Assembly: GCA_039815185.1 (NCBI GenBank)
Contig: JBCBZT010000007.1
Location: forward strand, 149,403 to 213,402
Direction of reading: 5' to 3'
Source of the DNA: Cyanobacteria bacterium P01_A01_bin.123
GTDB taxonomy: Bacteria; Cyanobacteriota; Cyanobacteriia; Phormidesmidales; Phormidesmidaceae
Length of the DNA stretch: 64,000 nucleotides
Part shown: positions 1-10,507 of the stretch, piece after piece
Layout: every line of letters begins with the position of its first letter
Numbering within the stretch: position 1 is the stretch's first letter
Notes under the pieces: model-generated
What the model was told of the DNA's origin: nothing
The model's database searches: none
What the model saw: only the letters and a program-made list of their open reading frames with translations
Program-made: the position numbers and the translations under genes

Positions 1-239
1 ATAATGGCCAACTGGGCAGCGTGATCGTCAGTACTATCATGGCGTTCACCCAAGTACATCACATCCGCTGCCACCAAAGCCTCAAAATCCTCAACCTGTT
101 GAGGAGACAGGCTGTGGGGTGAACTGTCTAAAGCCGTCGCGCCTTGGTCAGCATAGGAGCACCCCACAGCTGAAAATATTAGCAAGCTGCTGCTGAGTAC
201 CGTTAAGCCTAGATTTAACCACCGCGATCGCTGTTCCAT
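1..239 (-). CDS. ChaN-family (haem/iron uptake, Tiki superfamily) lipoprotein, 5' part; runs off window start
   Basis: Hand translation from ATG at 239: MEQRSRWLNLGLTVLSSSLLIFSAVGC (lipobox-like AVGC) ... ADVMYLGERHDSTDDHAAQLAI, matching the ChaN GExH motif. Not in the ORF track. Confidence 0.75.
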   Translation of the reverse strand, partial: MEQRSRWLNLGLTVLSSSLLIFSAVGCSYADQGATALDSSPHSLSPQQVEDFEALVAADVMYLGERHDSTDDHAAQLAI

Positions 240-382
240 TAATTCTTACTCTAACCCCAACGACTGCTGGTCTCAGATACCAATGTAACTCGGGAAAGTA
301 TGCTCGTAGGAGAAACAAGGATTTAGGAGCCGTAACCTGGAGTTGAAGCGACTTCTTCAAGCCTCTCTCTTACTTTCTCACG

Positions 383-1810
383 CTATCCAAATCGCAAAGT
401 AGTAAACGCAAAGCGAAGTACAAAAACCGCCGCCAGAATCCAGGTCACTACAGGCACCTCACTAGCGCGACCGCTGACGATCTTAGTAAAGGGATAGAGA
501 ATTAAGCCTGCAGCCAACCCCTCTGCGATTGAAAAACCAAAGGGAATAAAGAAAATAGTGACAAAGGATGGCACTGATTCAGTCAGGTCTTCCCAGCGAA
601 TGCTGGTGATGCTAGACATCATGAGTACTCCCACGATCATCAGCGCCGGAGCTGTGGCAAAGGCGGGAATGGCCTCAAAAATTGGCACAAATAGCAGCGC
701 GATTAGAAACGCGATCGCGGCCACCACTGCCGTCAAACCCGTACGCCCCCCCTCAGCTATCCCAGCGGCTGACTCAGCAAAAGTGGTGACCGTAGAGGTG
801 CCCATAATCGCCCCGGTTGTGGTGGCAATTGCATCGGCGGATAAAGCTTGATTGGCCCGGGGCAATTCGCCATCTTGATTGATGTAGCCAGCCTGGGTAC
901 CCACGCCCATCAAGGTACCAATGGTGTCGAACATATCGACGAATAAGAACACGAGCAACACCGCGAGAAAGTCAATAAGATTACTCCCGTTAATTCCGCC
1001 TAATCCAGTAAATGCTGCGCCAAATAAATTGCTAGGGAAAGCTGGGATTGCTATGAAGCCCGAGGGAGGGGTGGCTACCCCTAATATCCAACCTAGAATG
1101 GCAGTTCCAGCAATGCCCCATAGCAATGCCCCCTTGATGCGCCGAATCATGAACAGAACGGAGATCAAAATCCCGAAGGTGGCCAACAAAGTAGCGGGTT
1201 CTCGGAAACTGCCAAAGGAGGTTTTGGTGACCTCGTTGCTGATAATTAGCCCTGCTCCGCCGATCTCCGTCGCACCAGACAAGCCAATGTAGGCCAGGAA
1301 TAATCCAATTCCGACGGTGGTCGAGGCTTTGATACAGTTTGGCACTGCTGTAATCAGATGTCGCCGGATGTCGGTAACGGTCAGCCCAATAAAAATGATG
1401 CCCTCGATGAGTACACAGGCCATGGCGACTTTCCAGTCAATGCCAAGTCCCAACACAACGGAGTAGGCAAAAAAAGCATTGGTTCCCATGCCAGGGGCCT
1501 GGACAAAGGGATACTTGGCATAAAGCCCCATGACCAGACTGCCGATGGCAGCGGTGATACCAGTCACCACCACCAACTCTCGAAACAAATCCCCAGACTC
1601 GTTGAGGAACACGGCATCAGACATGATCAGCGGATGCACGACCAGGATGTAAGCCATGGTCATAAAGCTAGTGAGCCCAGCCAGGATTTCGACACGGAAG
1701 CCCGTTTTATAGGTTTCAAATTGAAAATATTCGGCGATCGCAGCCTGCCAACCCGAATAGGGCGGCGGCGGCGGTACAGTTTGTTTCAGGTTGATATCGC
1801 TTTGGCTCAT
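383..1810 (-). CDS. NCS2/AzgA-family purine (adenine/guanine/hypoxanthine) permease
   Basis: Motifs EILAGLTSFMTMAYI, QAPGMGTNAFF, FDTIGTL, ESAAGIAEGGRTGLTA; many TM helices. ATG at 1810 (MSQSD) is preferred over the ORF-track start at 1888. Confidence 0.92.
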   Translation of the reverse strand: MSQSDINLKQTVPPPPPYSGWQAAIAEYFQFETYKTGFRVEILAGLTSFMTMAYILVVHPLIMSDAVFLNESGDLFRELVVVTGITAAIGSLVMGLYAKYPFVQAPGMGTNAFFAYSVVLGLGIDWKVAMACVLIEGIIFIGLTVTDIRRHLITAVPNCIKASTTVGIGLFLAYIGLSGATEIGGAGLIISNEVTKTSFGSFREPATLLATFGILISVLFMIRRIKGALLWGIAGTAILGWILGVATPPSGFIAIPAFPSNLFGAAFTGLGGINGSNLIDFLAVLLVFLFVDMFDTIGTLMGVGTQAGYINQDGELPRANQALSADAIATTTGAIMGTSTVTTFAESAAGIAEGGRTGLTAVVAAIAFLIALLFVPIFEAIPAFATAPALMIVGVLMMSSITSIRWEDLTESVPSFVTIFFIPFGFSIAEGLAAGLILYPFTKIVSGRASEVPVVTWILAAVFVLRFAFTTLRFG

Positions 1811-2108
1811 GACAAAACCCCAGGTAGGAAATTGCGCTTTCAACCTGCGTTTTGCCCTGAGAAAATCTAGCGCAGGCTGCAGGCCCATGCCCCATAATTG
1901 GTGCTAGAAAAATCCCTAGATCCTTTAGCGTTGTAGGACATCGAAGCGTTTTCATGACACTATCGGTCAGTTCCGATCCATTGTGTTGCAATGAACACAC
2001 TTTTGGATGCTGTAGAGGATCCCGTCTGTTTCTGGGGGCTATCTACACTGGGACAGTTAGGTCATAACTGTCACTATAAGGATGACGCATACATCCAGCA
2101 GGTAACCC

Positions 2109-2399
2109 ATGAAAAATCTAGTCCAAGCTTTTTATACGTGGTATCGCAACACGCTACGAAACACAAAATATCGTTGGCTAATTGTGGCAGGGACGCTCGT
2201 TTACTTGTTGAGCCCCTTTGATATTGCCCCTGATTTTATCCCCATCATTGGTTGGATCGATGATGGTATTTTAGTTACGCTACTGGTGAGCGAAGTGTCT
2301 TTATTGATGACGGACTTTCTAAAAGGCCGCAGCCGCTCTGTCGCTAATCAAGAGGCTGAAGTAGTGGTAGATCAGGTAATTGACGTGCCAGCGCAGTAA
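2109..2399 (+). CDS. YkvA/DUF1232 family membrane protein
   Basis: YLLSPFDIAPDFIPIIGWIDD signature. Confidence 0.9.
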   Translation: MKNLVQAFYTWYRNTLRNTKYRWLIVAGTLVYLLSPFDIAPDFIPIIGWIDDGILVTLLVSEVSLLMTDFLKGRSRSVANQEAEVVVDQVIDVPAQ

Positions 2400-2481
2400 A
2401 GATTAGCTTTGAACCAGTGAAGACAGAATTTCACTAGGCAATAAAAGATTTGAGTCTCCTCTCTCAATAACCAAAGTGATC

Positions 2482-2518
2482 GCATTTAAAAAAGTGGTGC
2501 GATGGCTTTTTTAAATGC
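2482..2518. terminator. Probable bidirectional terminator hairpin between convergent genes
   Basis: Perfect 13-bp inverted repeat GCATTTAAAAAAG / CTTTTTTAAATGC with 11-nt loop. Confidence 0.65.
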
Positions 2519-2571
2519 CATTGACTGATAAGCGAAGTCTTGATGTTTACCTATCGTAGTGATTTATTCTC

Positions 2572-3177
2572 TCATAGCGCTTCTTCCCTTTTCGTCTGCA
2601 ATAGCTGCACGATCGGATCCGCTTCACCTCGCCTTAGTGCATAGTCTAGAGCGGTACGATGCCATTGATCTCTAACTGTTGTATCAGCTCCGTGGTCGAG
2701 CAAAAGTTGGACTAACTCGATATGACCTTTGAACGCGGCCAAAATCAGTGGTGTGACGCCTTCACCATCAATCCAGTTGACATCAGCACCAGCGTCAATC
2801 AACACGCGAGCAATGTTTGTAAAACCATCTCGGGCCGCATAAGTTAGGGCGGTGTTGGTGGCGTAGATCAAATTGGGGTCGGTGCCTGCTTCGAGCAGCG
2901 ATTTCACCGTTTCTACATCCCCTGCTAGGGTCGCCTCAATCAGGGGTGGTGGGTTAGATGCAGGTCTTGTCTCAGAGGCAGAAGATGCTGAGGATTGGTA
3001 AGTTTGATGGCACCCAGTTGGCCCTAATAGCATCAAGGGCACGATCGTTAAAACGCAACTCCACAGACCTATTGCAGCATACAAATGATGGGTTAACTGT
3101 GATCTTTTTTCGATATTTCTAGCCATTTCTCTTGAGTTAAAACCCATCGATTGACAGTTTGATGAAAGTTGATCCAT
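2572..3177 (-). CDS. Ankyrin-repeat protein, probably exported or lipoprotein; true start likely downstream of 3177
   Basis: TALTYAARDG, GVTPLILAAFKGHIELVQLLLDHGAD, TALDYA repeats; hydrophobic N-terminus ending GPTGC. Confidence 0.85.
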   Translation of the reverse strand: MDQLSSNCQSMGFNSREMARNIEKRSQLTHHLYAAIGLWSCVLTIVPLMLLGPTGCHQTYQSSASSASETRPASNPPPLIEATLAGDVETVKSLLEAGTDPNLIYATNTALTYAARDGFTNIARVLIDAGADVNWIDGEGVTPLILAAFKGHIELVQLLLDHGADTTVRDQWHRTALDYALRRGEADPIVQLLQTKREEAL

Positions 3178-3647
3178 CCAGGCGTGGTGTCGTACGTTTT
3201 AACCAATTCAAACCCGACCTTAGGCAAAATTCGATTGGGGCCAGGATTCATCGCATAAGGCTCACAAAATAAGTTTTTTAGCTTGAATTTCTCGAAATAC
3301 CCAGTAATGCAGGCTTTAATGAAGAATTTTCCATGGCCACTCCGACGTTGTATGGGTTGCCAAAGATGAAGATGCATGTAGGCTTCAATGCCAAAAATGA
3401 TCTGGTTAATATTGGAATGCCCGATTGGATCATCCTCTAATTTCCAGATTAAGTAGTAAAATTCTTTGTTTTGAATCGAGCGTTCAAAATCTTCAAGTAA
3501 GCGTTGCCGCCATTCAGCTAGGGATGGAAGTTTATTTGGGTCTGCACCCATGCCTTTTAAGAAATCAGGCTCTGCCTGTAAGAAATAATTGATCATGAGG
3601 TCAACATCATTTGACCCCATTTCTCGGATAGTTCGTTTCAAGAACAC
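3093..3647 (-). CDS. GNAT/RimJ-RimL-like N-acetyltransferase
   Basis: IGHSNIN...HLHLW...RRSGHG...EPYAMNPGPNRILPKVGF; GTG start 2 nt after the upstream stop codon. Confidence 0.8.
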   Translation of the reverse strand: MFLKRTIREMGSNDVDLMINYFLQAEPDFLKGMGADPNKLPSLAEWRQRLLEDFERSIQNKEFYYLIWKLEDDPIGHSNINQIIFGIEAYMHLHLWQPIQRRSGHGKFFIKACITGYFEKFKLKNLFCEPYAMNPGPNRILPKVGFELVKTYDTTPGWINFHQTVNRWVLTQEKWLEISKKDHS

Positions 3648-3649
3648 CT

Positions 3650-6600
3650 CTACTTGCTGATTGCCTCAACAGCATCACTCACTCGATAATCCTCGGGATC
3701 TTCGCCAATGTCGCCTACAAATGAAAAGGAGCGGAGCAGGTTGAAAATTTCGTGGGTCATGCCTTCTAGCGTAAGCGCTGGCGGCAAGATGGTAGTTTGT
3801 AGGGCATCGTGTTTAAGGTGGTCAAATTCTCGTCGCAGATAGCGATCGCCGGGTGGGCGGTAGTGCTTGAAGCAGTCCTGGAGTGGACTCTCTAGATGCA
3901 GCTTTTGACCTGACTTTTCAGCCTCTGCTTGGGTGCGTTGTTCTTCGTAGCAGTTCTCGATGTCGTCGAAAATACCCCGCATTAGGTCTGGATAATGTCC
4001 GGAGAGTGCCAAGAGCGCCAAAATAGCCTGCTGTACTTGAGGGCTGGGTTTGGTGCCTCGGGTGCGGCAGACAATTTTGAAAAGCTTGTAGATGTTGATC
4101 AGGCGTTTAAGGGTGCGGGGAGAGAGGTCGGTTTGTTTGCAGCATTCCAGCAGCATGTTGAATTCTTGACGGCTGAATTCGTTAAATTTGGCACTACCCG
4201 TAGCATTGTCTTGAATCACGACCTGGGAACGCAGATAGGTTTCCAGCGTGTTGGCCATGATCGGTCGTACCCGATAGGGGAGCTGAATGATTTTTTCGAG
4301 ATAGTCGGTGCCAGAGGGGCTGCCGTGGCGCAGCAGAATCCCCTTATAAAATTGTTCTAGAGCCCGGGTGATATAGCGCTCATCAATGGCAAGTACGGCA
4401 ATGAATAGCGGTGTTTTGACCAAGAGCTGCACGGCTTCGAGCACTGCAACCACGCGATCGGGCGGACACCGATCGAGGTCGTCAATATAGACGATGATGC
4501 GGGCTGGACCTCTGGGGAAGATTTTCTGGAGTTGTTCCACTTTTGAGCGAAAGGCTTGGCTGGCTGCCGGGGGCGGTAACAGCCGTTGACTTAGGTCGGC
4601 TAGATCGCCTTTTACCTGCTGCATCAACCCTAAATGTTTTTCATAGCTGCCTGCCTGGAGGCGATCGCTAACGAATGCCTCTAGCGATTCATAGACGTTT
4701 TCAGGAATGCGCTGGCGTTGAGTATCGATCTTGTCCTCTAAAACCTTAATTTCGGTTTCTAGCTCACTAATGGCTTCGACTTCGTCCAACTGATTTTGAA
4801 AGATTTCTTCTCGTCGTTTTTCCAGTTGTTGCGAAATCGCCCCGATCTGGATTTCATATTCTTTGACTGCCAGCTTGGTCTCTTCAAACCACTGGTGAAA
4901 ACTCTTGAACAAGGCTTGAACACTGACGATACCGGGTGTGAGTGGAGCTAGAAATGCAATCAGCCTGGAGGAAAAACTATCTATGCTTACATCTAGCCAT
5001 GCCAAAGTCTGCTCAACGGCTATCGGCAAGACAATCGCCAACACCATCAAGATCAGAACAAGCCCCAGCAGGCGTACATTTTTCCGGCACCATGTCCAGA
5101 AACTAAAGAAGTCGATTTGTCCATATCGCCTTTCCATGACGTCAGCCGTCACCAATCGAATCATTGCCTTAAGATGATTGGTATCAATTGGTTCTAGGGT
5201 TTCTGATGCGGCGTCGCTATCGAGTTGGGCTTTGATCTTGCGGGTGATTTCTTGGTTAATCTGCTCGAAGACGGTTTTGCTAACACGATTAGACAACAAA
5301 ATTGAAATCGGCCCCGTCAACTTATTGATCAGTTGATAGAACTGATCGTTATCGATTTTGCTTCTAATCGCCTGGGTTTCTTGCTGGAGTGCTGCTTGTT
5401 TGCGTTTGAGTTCTGCCTCAAGTTCTTTGAGCTTCTGATTTTCGGCTTGATAGGTTTCCCCAAGCTGTTGCCAGAGGGCGTTATCTACCTCTTCCTGGTT
5501 GTTGATGTCTTGAAATTGGGCCAGTTGTTCTGGGCTTAAGACCCGTTCTAAAAACCACTGTCGATCTTCATCACCTGATTTGTAGAGCACGGGCCAATAT
5601 TGCCCTGCTGCACACAACACCTTGGCCCGTGATTCAGCGTTATTGGGTTGCTCGGCCAGAACTCTAGCGAGCTTCTGTTCAAGGGAAATCTGGCGATTTA
5701 GCTCCAAAAAGATGGTCTGCATTAAGCTGGCCCAGAGATCAGACTTGGCAAAAGTCCAAGCATCAAATTTAATTTGATACACATGGCCGACGTAGGGGGA
5801 GAGCCTTTCGTGATTGGGATCTAGGTTCCAGGCTTCAGTGTCCGGGTGGATAGGGCGACTACGTATCTCAGTCATGCGCGATTGCATCAAGTGCATGATG
5901 TAAGATTTGCCGCCCCCCCAGCCGCCCAGAATGCCAACCGTCATTGGGGGTTCTAGGTCTCGCATGAGCAGCAGATCGGTCAAGGCGTTGACCTCGTCTT
6001 TGAGGTTGAGCAGGTCTTCATCTTGGGCCGATTCGTTGCGCAAGCTGCCGCCCTTGAGGGCATCGCGATACCCCCTAGCCATCAGATAGAGGGCACGTTG
6101 CCAAAGTTCAATGGTGATCGGCTGACCTAGGCGGTGCTCCCGAGTGACCTCTCGGTTAATGCGCATGGGGAGATGGGGGCTTAGGGCAACCAATGTTTTA
6201 CCCCGAGCTAAGGGCTGCTCAACTGTGGCGGCGATGTCTGTGACTTCGGGCAAAATTTCTGGCATTTCGATAGCCAGGGTGCTGAGTTGTTCAACGCTTT
6301 GCACGAGGTTGCTCAGTTGCTGGGCGCTAGTTTTGGCTTCGCTGCGAAACTCTGGAAATTTGCAGGCTAGGGCAACTAGGGCAGTTGTACGGAAATACAG
6401 CTCGCCAATTTCGCGAATGACGTTGGCTGCTTCTAAACGCTGATTGTGATGCAATCTGGGAATCAGGCGTTTGAGGCATCTTACTTCTAAGTCATGATTA
6501 CCCAAGCCTCGAATTTGGCGGAGTGCTGCGGGTTGATATGCATGACCGCTGGGGTGACTGGCTATTTCTACCAACGCTTCGGCTTTGCGATGGGGGCTTT

Positions 6601-9600
6601 GAATTTGACTGAGCAGTTGGGCGAGGGTTGGGCGATCGAAGCTACTCAGGGATGCTGTGCGTACCTTAATGTTGAGCCAAGTCCGGTAATCATCGCCGTT
6701 AAATGATGCGAGGCATTGATTCACTTGCACCAGCAAATCAGTGCTGCCAATCCTGGCAACGGCACTCAGCACCTGAGCTTGATAGGCGGGGTCTTGAAAT
6801 TGCTGTACCGCTTCAAAAAAGATTTGTCGCTGGGGTATTTCCAGATAGGTGAATGCGGGGGCTAAGCGGCTGAAGATCTCTGCTGCGGCTTTGTCATAAG
6901 CAAACTCAGGTTGCGGATATGCTTTGAGGTGTGGGGTCACAGTTGCGATTTGAGTCGCTAGCTTTGTAATGACATCGGTAGGTGCTTTTGGGGCAGAGTC
7001 TTGGGCTGTTTGGGATGCTAAAGCCGTTGCAATGCTGCTGAGGATGCGGGTTTGGAGCATGGGCAGCTTAATGGTTTCTAGTTTGGGGGAATCGGCGATC
7101 GCGGCTGACGCTGCCACCGTTTCGAATGGGGATGAAGTTTGGATTGATTCAGTAAGGGTTGAGTTTTCTCCTGAAACCTCTTGATAGACTTCGATCAGGC
7201 TCAGAGCGTCTGTGAGGGTATTAATCGACAAGAGAGGAATCAAGCTTTCGAGGGCTTCTGTCCGGGGGTATGGCGCAGGGATCGATTGAACAATCAGGTT
7301 GAGGGTGTCTGGCAATTGATCTGTGGGCAAGTAAGGCAGCAAGTTGCAAAGGGTTTCTACTTTGTCGCGATCGCGACTAAAGGCCGTCTCAATCAACCGC
7401 AGGGCGTTGGGCATCAACCCGATGGAGAGCTTTGGAGCTAATTCGCTGAGCAACCAGGTTTTGTCAGTGTCTTGGGGTAAGTGGGGCACCAGAGCTAACG
7501 CAGCCGCCTGTTGGTCGGTCACCGCCGCAATTGTCAGGTGAGGAGCAATATCTTTGAGGGCATAGGGAAGTTGCTGCTCATTGGGAATGGTCTGTAACTC
7601 AGCTAATGCCTGCTTGATGATGATCAGGCACTGAGGTTCTGGCAGGTGAGGGGCAATCCGCATGAGGGCATGAACGCGGTTGATTGGCTCTGGGATGGCT
7701 GCGGTGGCGTCGAGGGCTTCTGTCCAAGCTTGATCTGCTGGGTTGGGCAGTTGGGGTGCAATCTTAACCAATGCATCAAACCGAGCTGAATCATCGGTAA
7801 GGGATCGAGCAGCATTGAACGCTTCTGTCCACGCCTTATCGCTTGGGGTCTCGGGTAATTGGAGCGCGATCGCCATGAGGGACTCAACCCGCTGCTTTTC
7901 GTCTTGAACGATAGATGCAGCCGACAAGGGCTGTTCAGACGCTTCGGAAAGCTCGGTTGCTGGCAAAGTGGGGGCGATTGCCGCTAGCGCATCAGCACGG
8001 ATTTGTTCATCTTGAATCGTCTGCGCGGCAGTTAAGGCGGCTTCTAATAAATGGGGTGTGTTTGGCGGCAGATAGGGGGCGATCGCCTGCAAGACAGTGG
8101 CCCGGTACTGTTCGTTACGGATAGCACTAGCAATCTGCAGGATTGTTTCGAGCAATTGCAGTTCCGTATCAGGTGACTGAGGCGCAGGTTGCGCTAAAAG
8201 TCCTGCTAGCCCAAGTCGCTGTAAGAGTCCGCCGCGCTGGTTTTCATCCCGAATGTTGGGGGCCACAGATAAGATCTCGGCTAAGACTTGCAGCCGCTCA
8301 GGTTCGGGAAAATAAGGGGCGATCGCCAGCAGGGTGTAGCCCTGATCCGTTGGATTGTCCATGGCTCGCCCCATTGCTAATGCCTCTTGTAAGGCTTGAT
8401 TGCACTCAGTGGGGGGTAAGTGGGGGGTGATCGCAGCTAGGGTTCTAGCCCAGGCTTGTTGATCTGTCATCACCCGCACAACGGTCAGAATACGTTCGAG
8501 GACACTCAGGCGTTCTGCGGGATCTGGAAAATAAGGGGCGATCGCGGTCAAGGTTGCAGCCCGGTATTTTCCATTTTGAATGGTCTGGGCAATATCCAAT
8601 GCCCGTCTAAACAACTGAGGTACTGTTGCGGGCAAATAGGGGGCGATTGTCGCTAAAGTTTCAGCACAAGATTGTTGATCATAGTCGCCTTGTTCAGCCC
8701 CTACAAGCTGCTCCAAGGCTTGAATAACATACTCTAGGGTTCGCAGGTGAATGGCTGGCGGTAGCTGAGGAAGTAGCTTGGCTAAAACTTCAGCCCTGTG
8801 GGATTTGTCGGAGAGCGCCTGCACCACAGCAGCCAAGGCTTGCTCTAGCAGTTGTGATGCTGTTTCTGATAAATGGCATAAGAGGGTGATGAGTATGTTA
8901 TGGCAATACCAGTCGTTTTCGATGGTTTGTGAAAGGTCTTGGGCAACATGCAATGCCCGTTGGAAAAGTTGCGGTTCGGTATGGGGCAATTTGGGAATGA
9001 TCTCGTACAAAGCGCAATTGGCATCGTATACATCTCCCGCTCGGGTTTGGGTGATAGCGGTTAACGCCTGTTCAAACGCTTGAAACCGCTCTGTCGCTGG
9101 CAAATGGGGAGCAACCGCCGCCAAAGCTTGAGTACGTGGCAACTCAGACTGCACGGCATAAACCGTGGTTAAAATCTGATCGAGGGCTTGAAAGCGCTCT
9201 TCCTCAGGCAGATTGGGAAGCCCTAGTAAGGCATAGCCTCGACGTTCTGGATCTTGAATCGTACGCGCAGCCGTCAAGGCTTGATCTAACAGGGGTGTTG
9301 CCGTAGTTGGTAGGTGAGGGACGATCGCCATCAGCATTTGAGCGCAAATGGAGTCATCTTGGATGGCGGCAGCGATATTTAGGATTTGTTCAAGGATGCG
9401 CGGTGCGGTTTCGATGCTGTGCAGGGCAATGGCTATGAGCACATCAGCTCGAATCGTGTCCTCTTGAATTGAATTGGCAATGGAGAGGGCCTGTTCTAGG
9501 GCTGGGGGGTGCTTAGCTGCTGTAAATCGTGTTGCAATCTCAGCTAATAGAACAGATCTAGTCTGTTGATCGTGAACGTGATGGGCGGCAGCCAGCAGTT

Positions 9601-10507
9601 GTTCGAGCAGTGGAACTGCTGTGGCGGGTAACCGACACGCGATCGCGGTTAAAGCTCTGCCTCGGTTCCCGTCATCTTCTATGGTGGGTGCAATTGAGAG
9701 CGCAGCGCTTAATTGCGGCAGATGTGTCGTTTCTGTCAAGTGGTGTATGGTCCCCGTCAGGAGTTCATCCCGGTGCTTTTCATCTGGCAAGGCCCCCACA
9801 GCAGTGATGAGTGGATCTAATAATTGCGGGTCTATTTTCGCCAACTCACTGGCGAAAATAGGGATTTCAAAAGTCTCTAAAAAGTCTCCGCTTGCCAAAG
9901 TCTGCGCTAACGATTCAACCGCTTGCGCCATCTTCTGCGTGCTGGCTGGCTCCGGCAGGCGATGGGCAATGATGGCCAGAATCTGAGCTGGAAACAGACC
10001 ATACTCACCGAATTTCATCGCCTGGGCAGCGATTACCGCTTGTTCTAAGGTTTCTATGTGTTTGAGGTCAGGCAGTTCAGGCGCGATCGCGACTAGGGCT
10101 TGGGCACGAGAGCTTGCTGATTCAATCCCATCGGCCAGACTCAAAGCCTGCGCTAGGGTTTCAGTACGCTTTGGTTCGGGGAGTTGGGGTGCGATCGCGA
10201 TCAGCGCTTTAACCCGCTTAAAGGCATTTTCAATAGACTGGACAGCGGTTAACGCGTGTTCTAAGGCTTGGGTACGTTCTGGGTTAGGCAGACGGGGCGC
10301 GATCGCAAGTAGCTGTTTACCCCGTTCGTCGGCATCGATAATGGCCTGTGCTGCATCCCAGGCTGCTTTTAGCACATCCAAGCGGGACGGTAAGACTTCA
10401 GAAGCGAGTTGAACTAATGCTTCACCCTGCTCAACCGGATCTTGAATGCGCTCGATCTCGTTTAAACGCGCTGCGATCCAATCATCCCTGTTTGCCTGTT
10501 CGCCCAT
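3650..10507 (-). CDS. Giant (2285 aa) protein: N-terminal alpha-helical repeat solenoid plus C-terminal KAP-family P-loop NTPase with two TM helices
   Basis: Many ~38-40 aa repeats like ALTAAQTIQDEQIRADALAAIAPTLP; Walker A GILGGWGGGKS; FDAWTF; TM insert; Walker B IIVYIDDLDRC; YLEKIIQLPY. Confidence 0.88.
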   Translation of the reverse strand: MGEQANRDDWIAARLNEIERIQDPVEQGEALVQLASEVLPSRLDVLKAAWDAAQAIIDADERGKQLLAIAPRLPNPERTQALEHALTAVQSIENAFKRVKALIAIAPQLPEPKRTETLAQALSLADGIESASSRAQALVAIAPELPDLKHIETLEQAVIAAQAMKFGEYGLFPAQILAIIAHRLPEPASTQKMAQAVESLAQTLASGDFLETFEIPIFASELAKIDPQLLDPLITAVGALPDEKHRDELLTGTIHHLTETTHLPQLSAALSIAPTIEDDGNRGRALTAIACRLPATAVPLLEQLLAAAHHVHDQQTRSVLLAEIATRFTAAKHPPALEQALSIANSIQEDTIRADVLIAIALHSIETAPRILEQILNIAAAIQDDSICAQMLMAIVPHLPTTATPLLDQALTAARTIQDPERRGYALLGLPNLPEEERFQALDQILTTVYAVQSELPRTQALAAVAPHLPATERFQAFEQALTAITQTRAGDVYDANCALYEIIPKLPHTEPQLFQRALHVAQDLSQTIENDWYCHNILITLLCHLSETASQLLEQALAAVVQALSDKSHRAEVLAKLLPQLPPAIHLRTLEYVIQALEQLVGAEQGDYDQQSCAETLATIAPYLPATVPQLFRRALDIAQTIQNGKYRAATLTAIAPYFPDPAERLSVLERILTVVRVMTDQQAWARTLAAITPHLPPTECNQALQEALAMGRAMDNPTDQGYTLLAIAPYFPEPERLQVLAEILSVAPNIRDENQRGGLLQRLGLAGLLAQPAPQSPDTELQLLETILQIASAIRNEQYRATVLQAIAPYLPPNTPHLLEAALTAAQTIQDEQIRADALAAIAPTLPATELSEASEQPLSAASIVQDEKQRVESLMAIALQLPETPSDKAWTEAFNAARSLTDDSARFDALVKIAPQLPNPADQAWTEALDATAAIPEPINRVHALMRIAPHLPEPQCLIIIKQALAELQTIPNEQQLPYALKDIAPHLTIAAVTDQQAAALALVPHLPQDTDKTWLLSELAPKLSIGLMPNALRLIETAFSRDRDKVETLCNLLPYLPTDQLPDTLNLIVQSIPAPYPRTEALESLIPLLSINTLTDALSLIEVYQEVSGENSTLTESIQTSSPFETVAASAAIADSPKLETIKLPMLQTRILSSIATALASQTAQDSAPKAPTDVITKLATQIATVTPHLKAYPQPEFAYDKAAAEIFSRLAPAFTYLEIPQRQIFFEAVQQFQDPAYQAQVLSAVARIGSTDLLVQVNQCLASFNGDDYRTWLNIKVRTASLSSFDRPTLAQLLSQIQSPHRKAEALVEIASHPSGHAYQPAALRQIRGLGNHDLEVRCLKRLIPRLHHNQRLEAANVIREIGELYFRTTALVALACKFPEFRSEAKTSAQQLSNLVQSVEQLSTLAIEMPEILPEVTDIAATVEQPLARGKTLVALSPHLPMRINREVTREHRLGQPITIELWQRALYLMARGYRDALKGGSLRNESAQDEDLLNLKDEVNALTDLLLMRDLEPPMTVGILGGWGGGKSYIMHLMQSRMTEIRSRPIHPDTEAWNLDPNHERLSPYVGHVYQIKFDAWTFAKSDLWASLMQTIFLELNRQISLEQKLARVLAEQPNNAESRAKVLCAAGQYWPVLYKSGDEDRQWFLERVLSPEQLAQFQDINNQEEVDNALWQQLGETYQAENQKLKELEAELKRKQAALQQETQAIRSKIDNDQFYQLINKLTGPISILLSNRVSKTVFEQINQEITRKIKAQLDSDAASETLEPIDTNHLKAMIRLVTADVMERRYGQIDFFSFWTWCRKNVRLLGLVLILMVLAIVLPIAVEQTLAWLDVSIDSFSSRLIAFLAPLTPGIVSVQALFKSFHQWFEETKLAVKEYEIQIGAISQQLEKRREEIFQNQLDEVEAISELETEIKVLEDKIDTQRQRIPENVYESLEAFVSDRLQAGSYEKHLGLMQQVKGDLADLSQRLLPPPAASQAFRSKVEQLQKIFPRGPARIIVYIDDLDRCPPDRVVAVLEAVQLLVKTPLFIAVLAIDERYITRALEQFYKGILLRHGSPSGTDYLEKIIQLPYRVRPIMANTLETYLRSQVVIQDNATGSAKFNEFSRQEFNMLLECCKQTDLSPRTLKRLINIYKLFKIVCRTRGTKPSPQVQQAILALLALSGHYPDLMRGIFDDIENCYEEQRTQAEAEKSGQKLHLESPLQDCFKHYRPPGDRYLRREFDHLKHDALQTTILPPALTLEGMTHEIFNLLRSFSFVGDIGEDPEDYRVSDAVEAISK

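Noticed and set aside
148..360. 70-aa ORF from the track
   Set aside because: Overlaps the ChaN-like gene in another frame; no recognisable features.
1811..2108. Purine riboswitch or NtcA site upstream of the NCS2 permease
   Set aside because: No recognisable aptamer core or GTA-N8-TAC seen by eye.
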